Below the pieces are notes generated by a model. It had not been told where the DNA came from. It did not search any database and saw nothing but the letters and a program-made list of their open reading frames with translations. 64,000 nt of DNA from Giardia intestinalis (taxonomy: Eukaryota), in NCBI GenBank assembly GCA_000002435.2, contig CM018793.1. One strand, given 5' to 3'. Position numbers and translations under genes: made by a program. Numbering within the stretch: the stretch's first letter is position 1; each line of letters opens with the position of its first letter. Positions 42,901-52,100 of this stretch are shown here, one piece after another.

Positions 42901-43146
42901 AAGGTCACTAAGCTGACTACGGACCTCATTGAGAAGATTGTTGTGTTTTTCTTCATGATAACCTCGAGCCTTTGCGTCTCCGCCCTGGGTCAGAGCAGGG
43001 TTCCGATAACTAATCCCCGGGGCCTCAGAGTCTTTAGAAGAAGCGTTCGACTGCGATAATTCACTGACGCTATCCTGCATCTGCCTTTTCTGTTTTTTCC
43101 CCAGCAGGAATAGTCCGTATGACGGGGGAACCTGCTGTTTATCCAT
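33997..43146 (-). CDS. Very large low-complexity (Ser/Pro/Thr/Gln-rich) hypothetical protein, 3049 aa
   Basis: 9.15-kb uninterrupted ORF in a ~49% GC genome; ATG verified. No catalytic or repeat-domain motif recognised. Long stretches look intrinsically disordered. Confidence 0.7.
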   Translation of the reverse strand: MDKQQVPPSYGLFLLGKKQKRQMQDSVSELSQSNASSKDSEAPGISYRNPALTQGGDAKARGYHEEKHNNLLNEVRSQLSDLRDLLSSSKGSEFHEASAESSDLRITDEQLAQMAPGERALFLQRLPDLQNELFSEGISSSMSVGDAVDGAVPGKRFQPPAPIARQAMPTPTTTAAAKTAQADALPLQASKGAPPRVTRLQAGTPNQSQLGKGYMSSASTRTPASSSFAAGDDSRRSATEQPRVVSIQRANLEVDNTASIPHDIETSVESDFSTSDITDVIEANVVLPPRLPQLAPAMNQRSTSSKRAKTPSEPRTVIQRVKPEIDDIVLPPPESNAPCDSEVDPDEYDATLTVHRRPQSAGGGLTGSNKDNSYNSAYAKSSFQAQNRLDDSDHSDLNILSSNATLLYTKQPRAAPKGTPAAIYNKNMAAPLGQDYTNESYDNGVTSEANHGTGLRSNAGRGVLRSPRNERQASRTRSTRQQSNSSPGSFDDDIVNSVHAAASNFVRLPKQSKQALTLPEDSEPMLADIMTIPESTVLYNPRQHASAFGKHSADAGDRPFAGRKPRGSMPGGVDDGASYEHYDDAYGHTNVLSIQREPLLRSKPQKDIGKDVSNASKHANTSMPGSSGYYGEDISVEDDIQETKLFISAADAGRSRLVSDKSIGEKKHKRQHQGPNHTIVTQLAQYETKSREQMMQYESDEDHSSSDPEVTISKLVYPKLTPAEQEKLRRLAEVRSKQPKAHIPDVHVYGRPKGNELELEDVDPLKQKDAAPATASTTNVDSSYLYSNVTPYYQYKRQLTKSISQGLMKAKDMKNSVSDDTPAQEVTQFVNSKYVEMARAVGMTDPSLLQGDVAKSYVKGAPLSNALHIRSDMTLGDIARSGRKFVVARKEEATPADLSRATATGRDGYAQKDDSSDSEPQYEDMTILPAAEPYYGLPQPDFESFNHSIQSMRQSLLMRSSNTQSTSLTENQLDDRITRAKEAIRAAERQNGLSPSVLTTGSLSTNWAQAASPTTYMPQVISPAAHPRVRPTSRSHPPIPEPPLPGSLSEGGQISQATVQRMNTMSDMVMPDRTTSASSTSSGASGTLMQQLQKYGTIDPKVGVQSASGIPRSNKAQVTPRTPGAASQNSRGSRPGQPQSSGRPGSMSGPRPSKRMYLQAPTQDPDNVVEAVALAEYILAQSRVSIDGSDCPNNMLAILSDLELPSSQQLRNLKGVLNTVRELNVSYDYKLNAPFQTCCQQSVEVSSLSRAPLKPPSSDCPYLYCTTNYQLCNAINIPDVAKDYSATIDMIAHDAPPVHTAQHDIVLGCSSFPAEPIPNRSGSVMKLDLTLPSISIQLQPSVLENEETSLTSSSDTDVEFAAPEYMLRSQMLTRTPSHTLIADTRTLELDRLSCALRECQPCTRPLLLETQVNAIWNFSNDAFSDTLIDNSDSIIEAWPAPTFFLTDLRIKHMQAIPVTTQPERNNLGSLTHNRRSSLQYYKNAQLLLYGFVPDESRGVSILQSWQQKVDLANSATSLVAPDLTQEEEDTVNLRNCEQPSIEGGIDHLAPQTSVSKDSFLGDIRHLPNSSPVPDVQLDNLTSSCIQCELSASNGESIDVDMLTTTSVMHNLAKSTVRPIVADSNEVDISLVETLRPPIEIETQLAHPFRLPRELTLQQDTLSSSCANSPREEICVTTTEMQIPQVVDQSHRKESASEPTLTMPFAISTIPLYTMNPAKTEATRHLYGHPHWQFPDDSVVFQAPKQYANREFAIQNNINQSDDIFEASVEAELTLKYVQQSLDSACLNMVSVPADPYLLFRQPIATCTAAKEYVSKEIHRTCTDEAITAIPIYSINKTRAHIIRVTSGQRDLVTAGEKSITYLTRAIDAELIRHDDDQQCFEIDLPFIRKARSNFSHGVVDNLHSDVIAMHDVIVKAQPSKTNIHEPSDNSYGPIHALSKLEVVHDNFNTCNLTRSKSAYVELSRHVCTKEVINPRIDCPRSLDGISIRSSSVSRSYTHNSDYPNIRITRLGNRDPKLCDSIAPVSTLNTQKSYMLKALNDVDETCLEITVPKRAYHKDATPPIEQHMLSNYTRIMSQPTMNLPKESKGSSPQEGRAMPLYTLECQNTSIEQSVTRATSINDQRSNNHDYTTSMYKDCIGIEDCTIEKESIMLNLRTRSELIPLTNREPSGTPYSDPVDDDGVQSYVHAIQQDNVISSDSIKPHTKQPFEDLHEASSDAPLAKLHTWIGPAFKLPTNTQKSGASLTEASANNSYTSFLSVEGPSLPLRFDFSKPDYTVSIATLDETLENTHTGKASTILKYTNFDTPSTIPSTLLANEMTFQTPEAMAERASTNLLLYPQQTLLLREPLTEQEPGDAGSVIRTNLLSSPIESEPQQLYPQSNFYIKQTTDPLNESVIAQECKKTDFVRSYVKIKPIHQEIVEDEEVVPLSVATRHGKQHIAKAFTSIGQNSRPVLSQPSTSVGTGSVPLSASVSSSVSELLGQINTAIAVSKDTMARTVSSQDKPPVFIVASSESGIELPTILEHGLPQPSVDAERNQSISEPKDVKQSISIIQSERQINTKTAKTTSIEPVAVPNSDAALPPPFPQSYKAAVIDRAIETRGPYLLKKTTAEKNTLAKEVAYSIRRLPPNTSEEPSSGSTHVIQEEPIIDASPSSELNSLQRDPKYSHSSRMRPITSHSNSAVCPDLAASVPNGDCPPKRTHGLQQTPDTCPEHLSAILQALQSLVDISRNNMLFAQACNDSQKHAIDPLLWQEYVKQLEFLTTSIKLSSETVLDLKIAFQTLNDKLVDQLTSDIKSDLLVSGQATPDITSATKDDTPSLPSVVPASEEPRSPLTAGAKAELDYQSAPSAPLDRLEELQRLYRELSASKDVIDKYAHILNSPTGSTNPASRTSSVSAPSNIDEPFQFTRPISESGMNKLNDYKPASRESLEDAPNHPMWHEPVQNIAPLKNATPKPQSLSAPVPLKPKREICLPVMSTNLIAKIKREAKRRKEISEDALVRSRTLGPYLRQITYTESSIANHITFAVFNDIMDSITTECVESIKKLMGLN

Positions 43147-43193
43147 TCTAATTTTAAACGATCAAAATTTGAAAGTTTATATGGGCTAATATT

Positions 43194-46100
43194 TCAAGCA
43201 TTTTGTGCTTTTTGAAGTTCTGCAATAATGCAATCCTTTTCTGCAAGCTCTCTTTTGAGCATGGAGAGCTCCGCTTTGAGACTGACAGCTTCTGGACTTG
43301 TCAAGTATGAATCTTTTCCATCAAGGCTAAGCTCTGCCTCTCTCGCCTTTGCATAGAGATCATTTTTCAATCCAGACAAATGTTGCAAAGATGTATTGAT
43401 GCGAGCATCTGAAATAGATGCATCTAACGCGAAGTTAATATTATTTTCATGAAGGATATTCCTCAATCTAACAAGCTCACTATTTTTCTCTATGTTAGCC
43501 TCTCTAAGCTTAGTCAGTGCATGCTCAAGTTGACCGACTGCAGTTATCACGCGGGCCAATTCATCTTCTGTATAGTGAAGATCATCGGTAAGCTTTTGTA
43601 CCTCGTCGCGTAGGGCGAGGGTTTCCTCACCGGGATCACTGTTGTAGGTCCAGTCAAAGCGCTCGTTCAGCGCGTCCTTATATTCCAGTATCTTATTATC
43701 CTTTGCTTGAATGCGCTCTTCTAATATTGCAATCTCTTCTTTGAGGCGAGAAATTTCAGAGATCTTCCGTTCGACTTCAGCATTGCGAGAATTAAGCAGA
43801 AGGACAAGATTATCAACAGACTGCGATACTGTTTCATCATGAAGCTTGAGATCTTTATGGGCAAGGCTTTGAAGCCTGTCTATCTCATGTTTCAAAATGG
43901 CTAACTCTTCAGTTAATGCCGCAGAGTCAATCTTTGAGTCTAAAGACGAAAGTATTGCACTTGACTTAATAAGCCCATTCAAAAACTCCTTCCCTGTTTC
44001 AAAAGTATGGACAACAGTATTTGTTTGTGACGCGACAAGCGTCTGCTGGAGTTGGATGATCTCCTCTTGGTGCTGGCGAATCGCTTGTCGAAGATCTGGG
44101 ATGGTATCCTGCATCTCGCGGATCTGGGCCTTGGCGTCGTTCATGGCTCCGAGGTTTTCGGTCAGGGCAGAGACCCTGTCCTCAGCGGCGGCGAGCTGGG
44201 CGCGGGCGGTCTGCAGGGCGTCCTGGGCCTCCGCCAGCTGAGCCGCGAGGGCATCTCGCTCGGCCTCCAGATTCTTGTGCTCGGCCTCCAGAGCTGCGGC
44301 CTCGTCGAGGGCCTTATCGAGGGCCGCACGGGCCTCATCGCGCTCGGCCTCTGCAGCACGCACGTCGGCCTCAAGGCGGCGGATGGCCTCGTCGCCGCCC
44401 TGCGCCTGCTGTGCCTTGGCGCGGAACTTCTCGGCGGCATCGGCGAGGGCCTCTGTGCCTGCTGCTGCGTGTGCCTCGAGCTCGGCGATTTTGGCGCGGG
44501 CGTCGGCAAGCCTTTCTTCGGCGGCCTTGGCCTGAGCCTCCAGCTCTGCAGCGCGCTCTGCAAGCGCCTCTGCGTCGCGAGCACGCACGGCATCTTCGGC
44601 CGCCTGCTCGCGGAGGCGCGCCAGCTCCTCGGAGAGATCCTCGAGCTGGGCCGCCTTGAGCTGGGCGTCTTCCTGGTGGGCGGCGGCCTGCTCGCGCGCT
44701 TCACGGAGCGCCGCTGCGTTCTCGGCTGCGTCGCGGCGGAGGGCTGCAAGCTCCTGCTGAAGCTGCTGCGCGGCGTCGCCGTGGTCGGCAATCCCGTCGA
44801 TCGCCTCTGCAAGCGCCTTCTCGCGGGCCTCGAGCTTGTCTGTAAGGGCGGCGCTTTCGTCTTCGAGGCGACGGATCCTGTTCTGGGCGTCCTCGAGCGC
44901 GCCGTCTGTAGCGCTTCTTTTGAGGTCCATGGCAGTAAGCTGGCGCTCGCGGTCCCGGACCTCCTCTGCTCGCGCTTCGGCCTTGCGGCCCAGCGATTGA
45001 AGGGCACTCTCCAGCTCGTCGACGCGGTTGCGCAGCCGTGCCGTCTTGGCGGCGCTTTCTTCTGCTTGCTCTGCCCTTGCGGCTGCCTCGTCCTCCAGGG
45101 CTTGAATCCGCGTTCTGGCGGCCTCGACACTGGCCGTTGTTCGGGAAAGTTCGTCACTCAGCTGGCCGATCTCCTTGTCCTTTGCATCAAGGGTGGCATG
45201 GAGGTCATCTCGCTCGGCCTCGAGTTGAACGATGCGCTCTGCAGCGCCTTCATTGTCTTGCGCACGTAGTTGTTGAAGCTCGCGCTCGCGGTTGTCTGCC
45301 TCCTCGCGAAGTCTTTCTGCCTCATTCCGGAGCATGTCAAGCGCCACTGTCTTCTCATCGAGCTCGCCCTGCTTTTGCTCCAGCTCCTTCCTAAGAGTTC
45401 CAAGCTCCATTTCCTGCATCCCTGCATCTATCTGCTTGCTCTTGAGCTCTGACAAATAATCTTCGAGCATTTGGGTGCGCTCCTTCGAATCGGAAGCCTG
45501 CTGCTCGAGATGAGAAAGTGCATCAATCTTGTCGTGTGCTTCCTGGAGCTCGCGACGAAGCTCAGCGATTTCGTCTGCCTGACGCTGTGCTAAAGTGTCT
45601 TTATCTCTGGCTGCTTCTTCTAAATAGTGGACCTGGGCCTTGGCGTCGTTCATGGCTCCGAGGTTTTCGGTCAGGGCAGAGACCCTGTCCTCAGCGGCGG
45701 CGAGCTGGGCGCGGGCGGTCTGCAGGGCGTCCTGGGCCTCCGCCAGCTGAGCCGCGAGGGCATCTCGCTCGGCCTCCAGATTCTTGTGCTCGGCCTCCAG
45801 AGCTGCGGCCTCGTCGAGGGCCTTATCGAGGGCCGCACGGGCCTCATCGCGCTCGGCCTCTGCAGCACGCACGTCGGCCTCAAGGCGGCGGATGGCCTCG
45901 TCGCCGCCCTGCGCCTGCTGTGCCTTGGCGCGGAACTTCTCGGCGGCATCGGCGAGGGCCTCTGTGCCTGCTGCTGCGTGTGCCTCGAGCTCGACGATTT
46001 TGGCGCGGGCGTCGGCAAGCCTTTCTTCGGCGGCCTTGGCCTGAGCCTCCAGCTCTGCAGCGCGCTCTGCAAGCGCCTCTGCGTCGCGAGCACGCACGGC

Positions 46101-49100
46101 ATCTTCGGCCGCCTGCTCGCGGAGGCGCGCCAGCTCCTCGGAGAGATCCTCGAGCTGGGCCGCCTTGAGCTGGGCGTCTTCCTGGTGGGCGGCGGCCTGC
46201 TCGCGCGCTTCACGGAGCGCCGCTGCGTTCTCGGCTGCGTCGCGGCGGAGGGCTGCAAGCTCCTGCTGAAGCTGCTGCGCGGCGTCGCCGTGGTCGGCAA
46301 TCCCGTCGATCGCCTCTGCAAGCGCCTTCTCGCGGGCCTCGAGCTTGTCTGTAAGGGCGGCGCTTTCGTCTTCGAGGCGACGGATCCTGTTCTGGGCGTC
46401 CTCGAGCGCGCCGTCTGTAGCGCTTCTTTTGAGGTCCATGGCAGTAAGCTGGCGCTCGCGGTCCCGGACCTCCTCTGCTCGCGCTTCGGCCTTGCGGCCC
46501 AGCGATTGAAGGGCACTCTCCAGCTCGTCGACGCGGTTGCGCAGCCGTGCCGTCTTGGCGGCGCTTTCTTCTGCTTGCTCTGCCCTTGCGGCTGCCTCGT
46601 CCTCCAGGGCTTGAATCCGCGTTCTGGCGGCCTCGACACTGGCCGTTGTTCGGGAAAGTTCGTCACTCAGCTGGCCGATCTCCTTGTCCTTTGCATCAAG
46701 GGTGGCATGGAGGTCATCTCGCTCGGCCTCGAGTTGAACGATGCGCTCTGCAGCGCCTTCATTGTCTTGCGCACGTAGTTGTTGAAGCTCGCGCTCGCGG
46801 TTGTCTGCCTCCTCGCGAAGTCTTTCTGCCTCATTCCGGAGCATGTCAAGCGCCACTGTCTTCTCATCGAGCTCGCCCTGCTTTTGCTCCAGCTCCTTCC
46901 TAAGAGTTCCAAGCTCCATTTCCTGCATCCCTGCATCTATCTGCTTGCTCTTGAGCTCTGACAAATAATCTTCGAGCATTTGGGTGCGCTCCTTCGAATC
47001 GGAAGCCTGCTGCTCGAGATGAGAAAGTGCATCAATCTTGTCGTGTGCTTCCTGGAGCTCGCGACGAAGCTCAGCGATTTCGTCTGCCTGACGCTGTGCT
47101 AAAGTGTCTTTATCTCTGGCTGCTTCTTCTAAATAGTGGACCTGGGCCTTGGCGTCGTTCATGGCTCCGAGGTTTTCGGTCAGGGCAGAGACCCTGTCCT
47201 CAGCGGCGGCGAGCTGGGCGCGGGCGGTCTGCAGGGCGTCCTGGGCCTCCGCCAGCTGAGCCGCGAGGGCATCTCGCTCGGCCTCCAGATTCTTGTGCTC
47301 GGCCTCCAGAGCTGCGGCCTCGTCGAGGGCCTTATCGAGGGCCGCACGGGCCTCATCGCGCTCGGCCTCTGCAGCACGCACGTCGGCCTCAAGGCGGCGG
47401 ATGGCCTCGTCGCCGCCCTGCGCCTGCTGTGCCTTGGCGCGGAACTTCTCGGCGGCATCGGCGAGGGCCTCTGTGCCTGCTGCTGCGTGTGCCTCGAGCT
47501 CGGCGATTTTGGCGCGGGCGTCGGCAAGCCTTTCTTCGGCGGCCTTGGCCTGAGCCTCCAGCTCTGCAGCGCGCTCTGCAAGCGCCTCTGCGTCGCGAGC
47601 ACGCACGGCATCTTCGGCCGCCTGCTCGCGGAGGCGCGCCAGCTCCTCGGAGAGATCCTCGAGCTGGGCCGCCTTGAGCTGGGCGTCTTCCTGGTGGGCG
47701 GCGGCCTGCTCGCGCGCTTCACGGAGCGCCGCTGCGTTCTCGGCTGCGTCGCGGCGGAGGGCTGCAAGCTCCTGCTGAAGCTGCTGCGCGGCGTCGCCGT
47801 GGTCGGCAATCCCGTCGATCGCCTCTGCAAGCGCCTTCTCGCGGGCCTCGAGCTTGTCTGTAAGGGCGGCGCTTTCGTCTTCGAGGCGACGGATCCTGTT
47901 CTGGGCGTCCTCGAGCGCGCCGTCTGTAGCGCTTCTTTTGAGGTCCATGGCAGTAAGCTGGCGCTCGCGGTCCCGGACCTCCTCTGCTCGCGCTTCGGCC
48001 TTGCGGCCCAGCGATTGAAGGGCACTCTCCAGCTCGTCGACGCGGTTGCGCAGCCGTGCCGTCTTGGCGGCGCTTTCTTCTGCTTGCTCTGCCCTTGCGG
48101 CTGCCTCGTCCTCCAGGGCTTGAATCCGCGTTCTGGCGGCCTCGACACTGGCCGTTGTTCGGGAAAGTTCGTCACTCAGCTGGCCGATCTCCTTGTCCTT
48201 TGCATCAAGGGTGGCATGGAGGTCATCTCGCTCGGCCTCGAGTTGAACGATGCGCTCTGCAGCGCCTTCATTGTCTTGCGCACGTAGTTGTTGAAGCTCG
48301 CGCTCGCGGTTGTCTGCCTCCTCGCGAAGTCTTTCTGCCTCATTCCGGAGCATGTCAAGCGCCACTGTCTTCTCATCGAGCTCGCCCTGCTTTTGCTCCA
48401 GCTCCTTCCTAAGAGTTCCAAGCTCCATTTCCTGCATCCCTGCATCTATCTGCTTGCTCTTGAGCTCTGACAAATAATCTTCGAGCATTTGGGTGCGCTC
48501 CTTCGAATCGGAAGCCTGCTGCTCGAGATGAGAAAGTGCATCAATCTTGTCGTGTGCTTCCTGGAGCTCGCGACGAAGCTCAGCGATTTCGTCTGCCTGA
48601 CGCTGTGCTAAAGTGTCTTTATCTCTGGCTGCTTCTTCTAAATAGTGGACCTGGGCCTTGGCGTCGTTCATGGCTCCGAGGTTTTCGGTCAGGGCAGAGA
48701 CCCTGTCCTCAGCGGCGGCGAGCTGGGCGCGGGCGGTCTGCAGGGCGTCCTGGGCCTCCGCCAGCTGAGCCGCGAGGGCATCTCGCTCGGCCTCCAGATT
48801 CTTGTGCTCGGCCTCCAGAGCTGCGGCCTCGTCGAGGGCCTTATCGAGGGCCGCACGGGCCTCATCGCGCTCGGCCTCTGCAGCACGCACGTCGGCCTCA
48901 AGGCGGCGGATGGCCTCGTCGCCGCCCTGCGCCTGCTGTGCCTTGGCGCGGAACTTCTCGGCGGCATCGGCGAGGGCCTCTGTGCCTGCTGCTGCGTGTG
49001 CCTCGAGCTCGGCGATTTTGGCGCGGGCGTCGGCAAGCCTTTCTTCGGCGGCCTTGGCCTGAGCCTCCAGCTCTGCAGCGCGCTCTGCAAGCGCCTCTGC

Positions 49101-52100
49101 GTCGCGAGCACGCACGGCATCTTCGGCCGCCTGCTCGCGGAGGCGCGCCAGCTCCTCGGAGAGATCCTCGAGCTGGGCCGCCTTGAGCTGGGCGTCTTCC
49201 TGGTGGGCGGCGGCCTGCTCGCGCGCTTCACGGAGCGCCGCTGCGTTCTCGGCTGCGTCGCGGCGGAGGGCTGCAAGCTCCTGCTGAAGCTGCTGCGCGG
49301 CGTCGCCGTGGTCGGCAATCCCGTCGATCGCCTCTGCAAGCGCCTTCTCGCGGGCCTCGAGCTTGTCTGTAAGGGCGGCGCTTTCGTCTTCGAGGCGACG
49401 GATCCTGTTCTGGGCGTCCTCGAGCGCGCCGTCTGTAGCGCTTCTTTTGAGGTCCATGGCAGTAAGCTGGCGCTCGCGGTCCCGGACCTCCTCTGCTCGC
49501 GCTTCGGCCTTGCGGCCCAGCGATTGAAGGGCACTCTCCAGCTCGTCGACGCGGTTGCGCAGCCGTGCCGTCTTGGCGGCGCTTTCTTCTGCTTGCTCTG
49601 CCCTTGCGGCTGCCTCGTCCTCCAGGGCTTGAATCCGCGTTCTGGCGGCCTCGACACTGGCCGTTGTTCGGGAAAGTTCGTCACTCAGCTGGCCGATCTC
49701 CTTGTCCTTTGCATCAAGGGTGGCATGGAGGTCATCTCGCTCGGCCTCGAGTTGAACGATGCGCTCTGCAGCGCCTTCATTGTCTTGCGCACGTAGTTGT
49801 TGAAGCTCGCGCTCGCGGTTGTCTGCCTCCTCGCGAAGTCTTTCTGCCTCATTCCGGAGCATGTCAAGCGCCACTGTCTTCTCATCGAGCTCGCCCTGCT
49901 TTTGCTCCAGCTCCTTCCTAAGAGTTCCAAGCTCCATTTCCTGCATCCCTGCATCTATCTGCTTGCTCTTGAGCTCTGACAAATAATCTTCGAGCATTTG
50001 GGTGCGCTCCTTCGAATCGGAAGCCTGCTGCTCGAGATGAGAAAGTGCATCAATCTTGTCGTGTGCTTCCTGGAGCTCGCGACGAAGCTCAGCGATTTCG
50101 TCTGCCTGACGCTGTGCTAAAGTGTCTTTATCTCTGGCTGCTTCTTCTAAATAGTGGACCTGGGCCTTGGCGTCGTTCATGGCTCCGAGGTTTTCGGTCA
50201 GGGCAGAGACCCTGTCCTCAGCGGCGGCGAGCTGGGCGCGGGCGGTCTGCAGGGCGTCCTGGGCCTCCGCCAGCTGAGCCGCGAGGGCATCTCGCTCGGC
50301 CTCCAGATTCTTGTGCTCGGCCTCCAGAGCTGCGGCCTCGTCGAGGGCCTTATCGAGGGCCGCACGGGCCTCATCGCGCTCGGCCTCTGCAGCACGCACG
50401 TCGGCCTCAAGGCGGCGGATGGCCTCGTCGCCGCCCTGCGCCTGCTGTGCCTTGGCGCGGAACTTCTCGGCGGCATCGGCGAGGGCCTCTGTGCCTGCTG
50501 CTGCGTGTGCCTCGAGCTCGGCGATTTTGGCGCGGGCGTCGGCAAGCCTTTCTTCGGCGGCCTTGGCCTGAGCCTCCAGCTCTGCAGCGCGCTCTGCAAG
50601 CGCCTCTGCGTCGCGAGCACGCACGGCATCTTCGGCCGCCTGCTCGCGGAGGCGCGCCAGCTCCTCGGAGAGATCCTCGAGCTGGGCCGCCTTGAGCTGG
50701 GCGTCTTCCTGGTGGGCGGCGGCCTGCTCGCGCGCTTCACGGAGCGCCGCTGCGTTCTCGGCTGCGTCGCGGCGGAGGGCTGCAAGCTCCTGCTGAAGCT
50801 GCTGCGCGGCGTCGCCGTGGTCGGCAATCCCGTCGATCGCCTCTGCAAGCGCCTTCTCGCGGGCCTCGAGCTTGTCTGTAAGGGCGGCGCTTTCGTCTTC
50901 GAGGCGACGGATCCTGTTCTGGGCGTCCTCGAGCGCGCCGTCTGTAGCGCTTCTTTTGAGGTCCATGGCAGTAAGCTGGCGCTCGCGGTCCCGGACCTCC
51001 TCTGCTCGCGCTTCGGCCTTGCGGCCCAGCGATTGAAGGGCACTCTCCAGCTCGTCGACGCGGTTGCGCAGCCGTGCCGTCTTGGCGGCGCTTTCTTCTG
51101 CTTGCTCTGCCCTTGCGGCTGCCTCGTCCTCCAGGGCTTGAATCCGCGTTCTGGCGGCCTCGACACTGGCCGTTGTTCGGGAAAGTTCGTCACTCAGCTG
51201 GCCGATCTCCTTGTCCTTTGCATCAAGGGTGGCATGGAGGTCATCTCGCTCGGCCTCGAGTTGAACGATGCGCTCTGCAGCGCCTTCATTGTCTTGCGCA
51301 CGTAGTTGTTGAAGCTCGCGCTCGCGGTTGTCTGCCTCCTCGCGAAGTCTTTCTGCCTCATTCCGGAGCATGTCAAGCGCCACTGTCTTCTCATCGAGCT
51401 CGCCCTGCTTTTGCTCCAGCTCCTTCCTAAGAGCGCTTGCTTCAATAGTATAAATTTGAGTATCTGACATCTGTGATTTAAGCTCACTAACAAAATCTTC
51501 CAACCGTTGAGTACGTTCTTTGGAATCGTTCGCTCTTTCCTCTGATGCCTTATTTAATTTTTTCAGGTCTGCTACCTCTGTCAAAAGTTCCTTTTTGTCG
51601 CGCTCGAGTTGAGCCACGCGATCAACAAGATCTTGAGATTCCTCTGCCTCTAGTTTCATAGTGGCAATTTCATCCATTTGTGCATTTAAGTTATCCAATA
51701 GCTCCGCCATCTGAATTTCATTGGCTTGTGCCTCATGGGTTCGTCTGGCAAATTCCATCTGGGACGCGACAAGCGTCTGCTGGAGTTGGATGATCTCCTC
51801 TTGGTGCTGGCGAATCGCTTGTCGAAGATCTGGGATGGTATCCTGCATCTCGCGGATCTGGGCCTTGGCGTCGTTCATGGCTCCGAGGTTTTCGGTCAGG
51901 GCAGAGACCCTGTCCTCAGCGGCGGCGAGCTGGGCGCGGGCGGTCTGCAGGGCGTCCTGGGCCTCCGCCAGCTGAGCCGCGAGGGCATCTCGCTCGGCCT
52001 CCAGATTCTTGTGCTCGGCCTCCAGAGCTGCGGCCTCGTCGAGGGCCTTATCGAGGGCCGCACGGGCCTCATCGCGCTCGGCCTCTGCAGCACGCACGTC

